Below are positions 27,947-39,578 of a stretch of DNA of 64,000 nucleotides, piece by piece. A program made the translations under genes and the position numbers. Numbering within the stretch: position 1 is the stretch's first letter; every line of letters starts with the position of its first letter. Source of the DNA: Alphaproteobacteria bacterium (GTDB lineage Bacteria > Pseudomonadota > Alphaproteobacteria > Bin95). Below the pieces are notes generated by a model, which was not told where the DNA came from, ran no database searches, and was given only the letters and a program-made list of their open reading frames with translations. The stretch is taken from contig CBDBGH010000003.1 of NCBI GenBank assembly GCA_965205265.1, positions 5,120,001 through 5,184,000 on the forward strand. Direction: 5' to 3'.

Positions 27947-28043
27947 AAACGTTCTGACGGTCCGGCTCGACCCGGCGGACGGCAGCTGGCTGGATGGGGG
28001 ACCCTATGCCTGACCGCGAGCGGCAGACCGGGAGGACGGGACG

Positions 28044-28265
28044 ATGATCCGTCAGGCGGACCTGCAACTGAAGGAACGCTGGCTCGCCCGCTTCGGCCGG
28101 CTGCCGCCCGAGGCGCGGACCGCCCTGCGCGACTGTCTGCTCGAACTGCGCGCGGATGCGCTGGGACGGGCCGAGCACTCCTGGCGAAACCACAAGGCGC
28201 CGATGGCGGCGTACTGGAAGGTCGTCGGGGTCTATGCCGGACATCTGGCGCGGGCGCTGCGGTAA
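28044..28265 (+). CDS. Small hypothetical protein
   Basis: GGAGG RBS; HKAPMAAYWK motif. Confidence 0.55.
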   Translation: MIRQADLQLKERWLARFGRLPPEARTALRDCLLELRADALGRAEHSWRNHKAPMAAYWKVVGVYAGHLARALR

Positions 28266-28314
28266 GGCCCCGCAGGGATCGGCAAGCAACCAGGACGAAC
28301 AGGGAGACAAGGCC

Positions 28315-28776
28315 ATGCCACTGCCGGAGAAACGCTTCTTCGTGAGGAAGTCGGTTCCGCTCTCGGAAATCGATCTCGAGAACCGCCGGGCGGCCGCCAC
28401 CGGCAGTCCGCGATATGCCGCGGCGGCGTCAGGGGCCGACTTCAACGGTCACTGCCTCGAGATCCGCTTCAACCCGCACAAAAGCCACTGGTCGGCCCAC
28501 TACTACTGGGGAGAGTTCGTCTGGCTTGCCCATGGCACGCTGGAGCGTTGCCTCGCGGTATGCACGCGGCGCTGCGACGAGACCGACCAGCGCGGCACCT
28601 GCATCGTCGTGGACATCGAGGACGGCGGGAACGCCCCCGAGAGCGTCGAGGTCCAGGTGGAACTCTGCCGGTCCGCCGGTCTGGAGGAGGTCTGCGGCAG
28701 CGGGAAGGATGCCGTGGACTTCGCCTATAGCCGGGGCGCGTACGAACCCGAAACGGCGGGCGGCCCGGAGCTGTGA
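28315..28776 (+). CDS. Hypothetical protein, paralog A
   Basis: Clear similarity to the next ORF; GGGAG RBS. Confidence 0.75.
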   Translation: MPLPEKRFFVRKSVPLSEIDLENRRAAATGSPRYAAAASGADFNGHCLEIRFNPHKSHWSAHYYWGEFVWLAHGTLERCLAVCTRRCDETDQRGTCIVVDIEDGGNAPESVEVQVELCRSAGLEEVCGSGKDAVDFAYSRGAYEPETAGGPEL

Positions 28777-28786
28777 GAGCCGGGCC

Positions 28787-29233
28787 ATGACAGCCCGGCG
28801 ATTCGTGAAGAGATCGGTTCCGCTTACCGAGACCGACCGCATCAACCGCCGCGCGGCGGCGCAGGGCAGCCTGCGTTACGCCGCGCTCGCCGAGCATGCG
28901 GACTACAATGGCCACGCGGTGTCGCTGACGTGGAACACCTTCCGGAAATACTGGGTCGGCGAATACTACCGCGCCGGCCGCCGGGTGATCGCACGGGGCG
29001 CGTTCGGCCATTGCCTGGATGCGTGCATGGACCACTACAACCGCGGCCAGCGCGGAACGGTGATCGTGGCGGCGCTCCGGAATGACGGCGAGCCGCCGGA
29101 AACGGTCGAGGAGCAGGAGCGCCTCTGCCTCGCGGCCGGACTCGAGGAATGTCCGCCGGACATCAATCCGTACGAGTTCGCCGACAGCACCGTGCCCAGG
29201 GACCTGAGTGCGCCCGTGCTTCAGCGGCCATGA
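28787..29233 (+). CDS. Hypothetical protein, paralog B
   Basis: SVPL.E.D..NRRAAA.GS.RYAA.A..AD.NGH shared with paralog A. Confidence 0.75.
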   Translation: MTARRFVKRSVPLTETDRINRRAAAQGSLRYAALAEHADYNGHAVSLTWNTFRKYWVGEYYRAGRRVIARGAFGHCLDACMDHYNRGQRGTVIVAALRNDGEPPETVEEQERLCLAAGLEECPPDINPYEFADSTVPRDLSAPVLQRP

Positions 29234-29457
29234 CGCCTGAGGAACTCCGGAACGCCCGCATCCACCTCGGCCTCTCGCAGGCAGGCCTCGCGGCCGCCCT
29301 TGGCGTGGCCGGGGGCAGCCGCACGGTCGGGCGATGGGAGCGCGGCGAGCGCGCCGTTCCCGGCGTCGTCGGCGTCGCCATGGCTCTCATGCTGGAGCGT
29401 CAGCCCGAACCGGCGGAGCCCCCCAGGCGGGGCCCGCGAAAGCGCGACGGGAGCTGA
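29230..29457 (+). CDS. XRE-family HTH regulator
   Basis: ELRNAR..LGLSQAGLAAALGV..RTVGRWERGER; ATGA overlap. Confidence 0.85.
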   Translation: MTPEELRNARIHLGLSQAGLAAALGVAGGSRTVGRWERGERAVPGVVGVAMALMLERQPEPAEPPRRGPRKRDGS

Positions 29458-29706
29458 AAGACCGGCCCGGCCCCTTCGGTTCCCGCCACTCCCTGTAACC
29501 TGGGCTCAACGTGCAGGGAGTGCCTGCGGCGCGACAATCAGCTTGAGACGCTGGCGACAATCAGGATGAGACGGGGGAAGGCGGCGGCCCGGAACGGAGG
29601 GAGGGCGTAGCCCGACCGGAGTTCCGGGCCGCCGCCTCAAAAAATTTTTCCTGGACCTTCTGGCGGGGTCGGTCGGCTGGGCGAACGGTGACGTTTTTCC
29701 GAGTAG

Positions 29707-32054
<2,348 letters not shown>

Positions 32055-32315
32055 ACCGCTGCCGCCAGATCGGCCCAGCGGCCACAACACTCACGGCCCG
32101 CGGGAATCGCCTCCGCGGGCCGTCTCTTCTCCGACCCGACGGCCCCCCCGCGACAATCAAAACGCTCTCCGAAAACCTTGTTTGTCGCGCCGCGACAATC
32201 AAAATCCGAAACCGCTTGCAATCCGCGCCCCGCGCGACAATCATCAACTCGCCGATGCCGCCGGGGAATCTCATCCTGATTGACGCGCGGCTCTCACCCA
32301 GATTGTCGCGCTATA

Positions 32316-32758
32316 GGCAGAGAACCACCTGGCGGCGGCACAGGGCGCAGGTGAACAGGCGGGCGGCGTTCCTCATCGCGACCGATGAGAACGGGGTGGA
32401 CCCACGCCCGGACGCGCACGATACTGCGCTTCCGGGCCGCGCCTTGCATGGCTCGGGGGGTGCGGCGCCGGTCGTTGCCACCAAGCCAACGGGGCCGGCG
32501 CCGCATCGTTCTCAGAAGCCCCAGTCTACCCCCTGCCGCAGCCCGGGAACGGCCAACCCGGTCGCCAGGACGTCGCCGCCCTCCGGGAGGCGAAAATCTC
32601 AACGCGACGGGGGCCGAGGACTCCGGTCGGGCTACGCCCTCCTTCCGTCCTCGGCCCCCGTCATAAACCCGGCCGCGCCTGTCTCACGCTGTTTGTCGTG
32701 CGCACCACAAAAGCGCGCTACGCCAGCAAATATGCGCCCTTTATGATAATCACCGACA
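32316..32758 (-). mobile_element. 443-bp left-end fragment of IS21 element B, cut by IS21-A
   Basis: Reverse complement of 46688-47130. Confidence 0.85.
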
Positions 32759-33911
32759 CGCGGTTGTGGACCGAGACCGAGAGGGTCCGCGTGTCGTCCC
32801 GGCGCGGCTTGCGGTCGATGGTGCGGTGGGCGGCGCCGCCGCCCTCATAGTCGGTGCGCTGCAGGGCGGCGCGCAGGCCGAGCGTGAAGCCGGCCGGCAG
32901 CGCCAGCGTGGCGCCGAGGCTCGCCCGCGGGCCGCTGTTGCGCCAGTGTTCGGCCCTGGCGCGGGCCCAGCTCCAGCCGGCATTGCCGCCGAGGCGCAGG
33001 ATGGTCAGCGCGGCCCAGTTGGCGCCGAGCGAGACGTCGCCCACCGGGCCGTCGAGCCAGTCGCAGCCGCGGCAGTTGCGCCGGGCGGCGCCGGCGCGGG
33101 CGAAGAGCGCGAGGCGCGGCGTCAGCAGATGCTCGCCTTCGAGGCGCAGGCCGACGCTGTCGGTCTCGGGCCGGCCGGCGGTCCATTGCCGGTCCGCGGT
33201 CGCCAGCAGGCTCGCTTCGGTGCGGGCGTCGATCAGCCAGCGCGGGCCGACATGGGCGGCAAGGAAATGCCGGTCGAACTCCCCGCCCCTGTATTCCCGG
33301 ACGCTGGCGTCCGCCCCGGCGCGCAGGCGCAGGCGGTCGTTCAGCGGATGCTGGTATTCGCCGCCGCCCCAGAAGGAGACGCCGAGGCCGGATTCGGGCT
33401 TCGCGGGATCGTCCAGGGTGAAAGGCAGCCGGCCGAACGGGGTGTCGAGGAAGACCGTGCGCTCGCCCGAGGCGGCGTTGAGGTTGCTGTCCGGGACGAT
33501 GGCCGCCCCGAACCACGCCTCCCAGCGCCGCCGCGCGCGGATGATGTCGAGGAAGCGCCGGATGTTGGCGGCGACCGCCGGGGGCACGTCGCCCGCCAGC
33601 ACCTGCTCGAAATGCCGCCGCGCCAGCGTGTCCTCCTCCTTCAGGAAGAAGGCGCGGGCGAGTTCGAGACGCACCCGCACCAGCTCCGGGCGGTCCACCA
33701 GGATGGCCCGGAAGGCGGCGACCGCCTCGTCGAGCCTGCCCTCGCGGGCTTCCCGGTCCGGTGCGGCATCGGCGGCGGCAAGCGCCTCCATCCCGGCCCG
33801 GAAGCGCATGTCGGTCGCATCCTGGCCCAGGGCGGGGCGCGCGACGGGCGCCGCAACAAGCAGGACCGACAGCCCCGCCAGCACGGGAACAAGGAACCGG
33901 AAAGGTCTCAT
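32718..33911 (-). pseudogene. Slam copy truncated at its C-terminus by the IS21-B end
   Basis: Identical to 44835 up to VHNR, then VSVIIIKGAYLLA; lacks the final barrel strands and terminal Phe. Confidence 0.85.
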
Positions 33912-36900
33912 CGCGTCTGTCGCATCGCTTGCCGTCCGGGCTCCCGATCGAAAAAGAAGGGCGGCGCAGGAAACGCGCCACCCTTGTCACGACCGGGAAC
34001 CGGGCCGGCCTCCCGCATGAACGGGAGCCCGGCCCCGTGCGGCTACTCCGTCGTCGGCGTCTGAAGCTCCGTGCCGAAGGCGCCGACCATCCGGTGGGTG
34101 CCGCCGTGTTCGGCCTGGAACTTGCCCATGATCGCGGTCGGATGGTTGCTGCCGTCGCCGCCATTCTCAACCGTGCCGGGCTTGTCGTCATACAGGTTGG
34201 CCACCCAGCTCCCGGCCGGCGCCGCCTTGTTGCCGTTGATCGACCACACCGTCTTTTCCGTGTTGACGATGTGGCCCTTCTGGGCATCGGTGGCCAAGCT
34301 GGGGTCGGTGGTCCAGGCCGCCTTGTTCAACGTCACGCTCCAGTCGTTCTTCATCCCGTTTTTCAGCCTGAAGTCGTGGATCGTGCCGGTCAGGCCCGTG
34401 TCGGCGTTCAGGTTGGCGGTCCCGAACTGGGCCTTCAGCGTGGCCGTCGCCGTGAACTCGCCACCGCCGCCCTTCTCGTTGAGCGGGTCGTTGATGGCGT
34501 ACCAGCCGATCGCGGGGCCCTCATAGGTCGCCGCCCTGCCTCGGTTGACGTTCAGGCTCTTGCCGTCCGTGGCGAGATCGACGCCCCCGCCGACGGACTG
34601 GTAGAAGGCGCTGACCGCCGCCGGCATGCCGTCGGCGTCGTTCCGCACCCACCAGCCGAAGTACATGTAGCTGAGGTCCCTTTCCAGCACCTTCGCGCCC
34701 GCGTCGTGGACGAAGTACCAGTCGGCGGACATGAAGTAGCCGCCGAACCCGCCTCCTCCGACCCCGGTCCCGACCGTGCAGGTGCCGCTTGCGGGGCAGA
34801 AGTAGTTGCCCGGCGCGCCGTAGTAGGTGCCGGGGACCTTGATCTCCGCGCCCCCGTCGGCCGGCTTCGGAGCGGTCACGGACCCTATCCCGACGGTCCA
34901 CTTGTCGAACGTGGCGGATGCGATCGCCCGGTCGACCCCGGTGCCCAGGGTCAGTCTGCGCGCGTGTTTTGGGCCGCTGTTGCCGGATACGAACGGCTCG
35001 TAGGTCCCCTTGTTGATCCAGTCGGTGTCGTCCTTGAAGAACTTCGCGGCATCCATCGGGACGACACCCCATCTCTCCAGCGGGCCGCCCTGCCGGTCGT
35101 TGTACACCCGGACCTTGTCGGTGACCTTCATGCTGCCGGAGCCGGTGGTCCTTTCGTAGTGCGTGACGTTCCACCGGCCCACCTTGTCCATGGTCGTGTC
35201 GTGCCCGGGGCGCCCCTCCGCGCCGTGCCTGAAGTACACGGCGGTGTGGGTGTTCGCAGTCGCGATGCTCCCCGCGCCGGCCGCGGGGTCGATGCGGAAG
35301 TCCCCCCGCTCGCCCCTCTGACCGGTCGCCTCCGCCGGGGCGTCGTGCTGGCTATCGGTGATACTGGTGATGTAGTACGGGACGGTCGCGAGGTTGTTCA
35401 GCGCGTTCACCGGGGCCGTTGTGTCATCGGACGGACCCATCGCCGCGTACAGCGCCCGGCCCATCCTGTGCCCGTCCATGCGCGCCGTCTTGGCGTCGCC
35501 GAAGGCGTCCTCCTGCAGGGCGAGCCTCGTGCGCAGCAACTCCTTGTTGGCCTCGGGGATGTTCGCGTCCGCGATCGCCGTCTTGGCCGCCGCGATGGCG
35601 GCTTCGACGTCGGTCACGGTGCTTTCCTCGGACAGGGACGTGATCCTGGCGATCGCGTCCATGACCGCCTTAATCTCGCCGTCCGTGATCGTCGTGACGA
35701 CGCCGGCGATGCGGGTCTCCTCGGCCTTGGCCGCCATGCGGGAGTCCTTGGCCCGGTCGAGCGCGCCCTGATGCATGGCAATCTTCGAGCGAAGCTTCGC
35801 CTTTTCAGACTCGGGGATGTTTGCGCCCTCGATCTCCGCCTTGGCCGCGTCGATGGCGGCCTGGGCGTCCGTCACGGTGTCGTCGCCGGACGTGTTCGTG
35901 ACCATCTTGACCGCCTCCATGGCCGCCGCGACCTGGGTGCCCTCGATGTTCTTGACAACATGATCGTGGTAATGGCCCTGCGCCGTCTTGATCTGCCCGT
36001 CGTCAGCGTCCGCACGGTCCGCCTGAGCCTGATACCGGTCCTTTTCGTCGTCGGTCAGATCCTCGGCGCCCGCGATCGCCGCTTTCAGCTCTCTGAGAGC
36101 GGCCATGGCGGCGTCGAGCTGCGCCTTCGTGGGCGTCACGCCCGCAAACGCCGCAAGAGCCATGTCGAGCTTTCCGGAAGCCCCCGAAAGCGCGTTCATC
36201 TGCTCTTTCCGGTCCACGGCTGTCTGGGCACTGGCCAGTTGCGTCCGATACGTCGCCTTGTTGGCATCGCTCACGTCGCCCGCATCGTCCAGCGCCTCCT
36301 TGAGAGCCGCGATGGCCGCCTTGGCCGCGGCGAGCTTGTCCGCGTCCGACAGGTCGGACGTGTCGACCTCGGCGAGCGCGTCCATCAGCGCCTTCTTCTG
36401 ATCCATCTCGCGAGCCATCGTCGCCAGCACCGTCTTGCGCGCCGCAGCCGCCGCCTGAAGCTTCGCGAGCTCCTCGCCGGAAACGCCGGCCGTTGCATCG
36501 GCAACGGCCTTGTCGACCGCAGCGTCCGTCGTGGCCGCCTTGATGGCCGCGTCCGCCTTCTGGTAGGGCGTCTGCGTCTGCGCCGGCATCTGCGTCGTCG
36601 TCGACGGCGAGCTTCCGCCCCCGCCGCAGCCGGCAAGCCCCAGAGCCGTGGCGGCCATGACCGCGATCGCCCAATGCTTCACAATTCTCATGAACCCTTC
36701 TCCTTTCAGCAGGAACGCCTCGCCGGTCCCCGATGCAAACTCCGGGCAAAGTGTAGGTGGAACGCAGGGCGTGTCAACAAACTAAAACACTTCATGCGCC
36801 GTTCCCTCATGCGAGCCCCAGCGCAGGCGGAGCATAGGCGGACAGGACGGGAGAATCAACAACTCCGGAGCTTCCGCTCGACCGCCACCGCCACCCGCTC

Positions 36901-37241
36901 GGCGGCTTGGCCGAGGGTCGCGTCGTCGAGATGGACATAGCGGTTCGTCGTGCTGGCCCGGCGGTGTCCGAGCAGGCGTCCTGCGACATGCAGGCTTTCG
37001 CCATTCATGACGGCGTGCGAGGCATGCGCATGTCGCAGGTCATGAAGCCGCGCATCCGCCACGATCCCGGCCGCATCGCGCGTCGTGGTCCAGAAATAGT
37101 GGAGTTCGTTGCTGCCCAACGGCCCGTCTCCGCTCCTGCCCGGAAACACACATTCCCCGGACGCCGATTCGGCGAGGCCGGCCAGCAACGCCCGCGCCGC
37201 TTCGCCCAGCAGAACGTGCCTCGGGCCCGTCTTGGTGTCGG
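32759..37241 (-). repeat. Left arm of 4483-bp inverted duplication
   Basis: Mirror of 41505-45987 (coordinates sum to 78746); translated ORFs identical. Confidence 0.93.
34043..36691 (-). CDS. Surface lipoprotein with Ala-rich helical stalk and TbpB-like C-terminal barrel, copy 1
   Basis: Lipobox LAGC, GGGGSS linker, YMYFGWW and C-terminal MVGAFG. Confidence 0.8.
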   Translation of the reverse strand: MRIVKHWAIAVMAATALGLAGCGGGGSSPSTTTQMPAQTQTPYQKADAAIKAATTDAAVDKAVADATAGVSGEELAKLQAAAAARKTVLATMAREMDQKKALMDALAEVDTSDLSDADKLAAAKAAIAALKEALDDAGDVSDANKATYRTQLASAQTAVDRKEQMNALSGASGKLDMALAAFAGVTPTKAQLDAAMAALRELKAAIAGAEDLTDDEKDRYQAQADRADADDGQIKTAQGHYHDHVVKNIEGTQVAAAMEAVKMVTNTSGDDTVTDAQAAIDAAKAEIEGANIPESEKAKLRSKIAMHQGALDRAKDSRMAAKAEETRIAGVVTTITDGEIKAVMDAIARITSLSEESTVTDVEAAIAAAKTAIADANIPEANKELLRTRLALQEDAFGDAKTARMDGHRMGRALYAAMGPSDDTTAPVNALNNLATVPYYITSITDSQHDAPAEATGQRGERGDFRIDPAAGAGSIATANTHTAVYFRHGAEGRPGHDTTMDKVGRWNVTHYERTTGSGSMKVTDKVRVYNDRQGGPLERWGVVPMDAAKFFKDDTDWINKGTYEPFVSGNSGPKHARRLTLGTGVDRAIASATFDKWTVGIGSVTAPKPADGGAEIKVPGTYYGAPGNYFCPASGTCTVGTGVGGGGFGGYFMSADWYFVHDAGAKVLERDLSYMYFGWWVRNDADGMPAAVSAFYQSVGGGVDLATDGKSLNVNRGRAATYEGPAIGWYAINDPLNEKGGGGEFTATATLKAQFGTANLNADTGLTGTIHDFRLKNGMKNDWSVTLNKAAWTTDPSLATDAQKGHIVNTEKTVWSINGNKAAPAGSWVANLYDDKPGTVENGGDGSNHPTAIMGKFQAEHGGTHRMVGAFGTELQTPTTE

Positions 37242-38013
37242 GCAGCGCGAGCCGGTCCGGCTTGACCTCGCACCAGCGCAGGCGGCGAATCTCCCCCGGC
37301 CGGCACCCGGTCAGCAGGAGCAGGCGCACCGCCGCGGCGCAGACCGGGTGTTCGGCCTCGCGCTCGCGCAGCACCGCGCCCAGCTTCGCCAGATCGTCCG
37401 CACCCAGCAGCCGCCCGCGCGGCGGACGCCGGTAGCGGACGATGCCCGTGCACGGGTTCCCGGCGGCCTCGGGCCGATGACCCCACGCGACGGCGCAGTC
37501 GAACATGTTGCGAAGGATGTCATGGGCGCGGTTCGCCCCGCCCGGCCTCCGCCGCCCGTAGTCGTGGAAGAAGCGGGCAATGTCGGCCCGCACGACCGCG
37601 CCGACGCGCAGATGGCCGAGCGCGGGCAGGATGGCGCTGTCGAGGTAGCTCAGGGTCGCCTGCACCGTGGACGGCTTCCAGGACGGGGCGCGCCGCTCGA
37701 CATATTCCACGGCGAACTTCGCCAGCGTCGGGCCGGAAGCGGGAAGGGGCAGAGAATCGCCGACGCCCTTCTCGCGGGCGAGGAAGGCGAGCGCCGCAGC
37801 GCGCGCCCGGTCGGCCTTTACCGCCTCCGGCCTGCCGAGCGTGACCCGGCACGGCTTGCCGTCGCGCCGGAAGCGGAACACCCAGGATCGCGCGCCGTTG
37901 GGCTGGACGCGCAGCATGAAGCCCTGAAGGGCGGTATCGTGGACGGCGTATTCGCGTTCGCGCGGACGGGCCGCGAGCGCGAGCGCATCGGTCAGCCGGG
38001 CGCGTTCGGTCAT
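36856..38013 (-). CDS. Tyrosine recombinase IntB with arm-binding N-terminal domain
   Basis: TGCRPGE, LHDLRH, LLGH and TNRY motifs. Confidence 0.92.
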   Translation of the reverse strand: MTERARLTDALALAARPREREYAVHDTALQGFMLRVQPNGARSWVFRFRRDGKPCRVTLGRPEAVKADRARAAALAFLAREKGVGDSLPLPASGPTLAKFAVEYVERRAPSWKPSTVQATLSYLDSAILPALGHLRVGAVVRADIARFFHDYGRRRPGGANRAHDILRNMFDCAVAWGHRPEAAGNPCTGIVRYRRPPRGRLLGADDLAKLGAVLREREAEHPVCAAAVRLLLLTGCRPGEIRRLRWCEVKPDRLALPDTKTGPRHVLLGEAARALLAGLAESASGECVFPGRSGDGPLGSNELHYFWTTTRDAAGIVADARLHDLRHAHASHAVMNGESLHVAGRLLGHRRASTTNRYVHLDDATLGQAAERVAVAVERKLRSC

Positions 38014-39161
38014 CGGTCCGCCTCCCCGCCGTCGAGCATGGCGGCAAGGCCGCGCGAGACCCGGTTCGCGGCCTCGAACACGGAGCCCTCGGCAAGGTGC
38101 GCATAGCCGAAGGTGGTCTGGATGTCGGCATGGCCGAGCAGCCCGGCGACGATGCGCAGGCCCTCGCCGCCGCCGACCGCGACCGCCGCATAGCTGTGGC
38201 GGAGATCGTGAATGCGCAGCGTCGGCAGACCCGCCGCCGCGCGGACCGCGTTCCATGCCCTGTCCACCGTCGCAGGGCCGCCGCAGGGAGACGCGAACAC
38301 CCACGGGCAGTCGTCGCGCCGGGGTTGCGCCGCGAGCACGGCGCGGGCGGGCGATGCGAGCCGGATCGTGCGCGGACCGGTCTTGCTGTCGGGCAACACA
38401 ACACGGTCGCCGTGGACATGCTCCCACCTGAGCCGCAGAGCCTCGGACTTGCGCGCGCCGGTATGGAGCAGGAAGCGCAGCGCGGCGACGGCGACCGGCC
38501 ATTCCGCTTCCGCGCCGTCGAGCGCCCGCCCAAGCGCGGCGAACTCGTCGTCCGTCAGGTAGTGCGCCTCGAAGCCGGTCCTGCGCCGCCGCAGCCCCTT
38601 GCACGGGTTGGAGTCCTCGCGCCGCAGGCCGAGCGCCTCCGCGTGCTTCATCATCGACGACAGCACCGCCAGCGCCCGGTTCGCCGATCCCGCCCGCCTG
38701 GCCGACAGATCGTCGAACCAGTTGTGCACATCTTTCGCGCCGATCGAATCGACGCGCCGACCGCCAAACACGGGCAGGATGAAGCGGTTCATGCCGTCCG
38801 CGTGCGCGCGCCGCGTCGCCGGCTTCCAGCGTTCGGCGCAGTCGGCGAGGAACGCCGGCGCGAACGTCCGCACCGTCGGCACCGTCGCCGGTGCGCCGCC
38901 CGTCTCCGCATCGGCGAGCAGCGCTCGCGCCGCGTGCCGCGCATCCTCGACCGTCAGTTCGTCGAGCGCGCCGAGCGTCCGCCTGACGACGGAGCCGCCC
39001 GCGCGCCGGTGCACGATCCATGTCTTGCGCCCTTTCGCCCGCACCCGCAGGCCGAGGCCCGGCGCGGCGCTGTCCCACAGCACGGCCTCGCGCCCGTCCG
39101 CAGCAGCGAAGGCGCGCGCCCGCGCCTCGGTGATCTTCGTCCTCTTCGTTCCGTTCGGCAT
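38010..39161 (-). CDS. Tyrosine recombinase IntA
   Basis: TGARKSE, IHDLRH, LLGH and TFGY motifs; ATGA overlap with intB. Confidence 0.92.
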   Translation of the reverse strand: MPNGTKRTKITEARARAFAAADGREAVLWDSAAPGLGLRVRAKGRKTWIVHRRAGGSVVRRTLGALDELTVEDARHAARALLADAETGGAPATVPTVRTFAPAFLADCAERWKPATRRAHADGMNRFILPVFGGRRVDSIGAKDVHNWFDDLSARRAGSANRALAVLSSMMKHAEALGLRREDSNPCKGLRRRRTGFEAHYLTDDEFAALGRALDGAEAEWPVAVAALRFLLHTGARKSEALRLRWEHVHGDRVVLPDSKTGPRTIRLASPARAVLAAQPRRDDCPWVFASPCGGPATVDRAWNAVRAAAGLPTLRIHDLRHSYAAVAVGGGEGLRIVAGLLGHADIQTTFGYAHLAEGSVFEAANRVSRGLAAMLDGGEADR

Positions 39162-39578
39162 CTTCCGACCCCTTCCCTTGTCTGCCGGTCGCAGGAGCCC
39201 CCGTTGGGGAACACCCAGGACACGCCGGGGAACGGCGTCGGGTTCGAAGATCGGAAGGGCCGGAAGTGCCGCACTCAAACGCCGCGCGGGCTGCAAGCCA
39301 TTGTCAGAACTGGCCTTGCGGCGCTTCGCGGATGCGGGGGCGGAGTGATGATTTCTACGCCCTTCGGCGCGTGGTTCTCACACCCGACGCACCCGTGGTG
39401 CAGAGAGCGAGACCCGGCCGACCTTCAACGGTCGAGAGTTTTCCGTTGCACGACAAGGGGTTGGGGCCGGGTCCGGCCTCCGGCCGCGAGCCTGTGCGCA
39501 GGCCGCGTTGTCCGTTCGGAAACGCCGTTTCGTTCCCCCGGAACGGGCGGCATCCCAGGGAACGGATCCGGAGGCCCC

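Larger units (their letters stand above)
26186..28013 (+). pseudogene. Hypothetical gene interrupted near its 3' end by the TnpB element
   Basis: Removing 26610-27954 restores the frame ...GRNV-LTVRLDPADGSWLDGGPYA* with the stop at 28011-28013. Confidence 0.75.

Noticed and set aside
33761-36940. 1059-aa ORF, its mirror at 41806-44985, and other long antisense or alternative-frame ORFs
   Set aside because: Arg/Gly/Pro-rich shadow frames of real high-GC genes.
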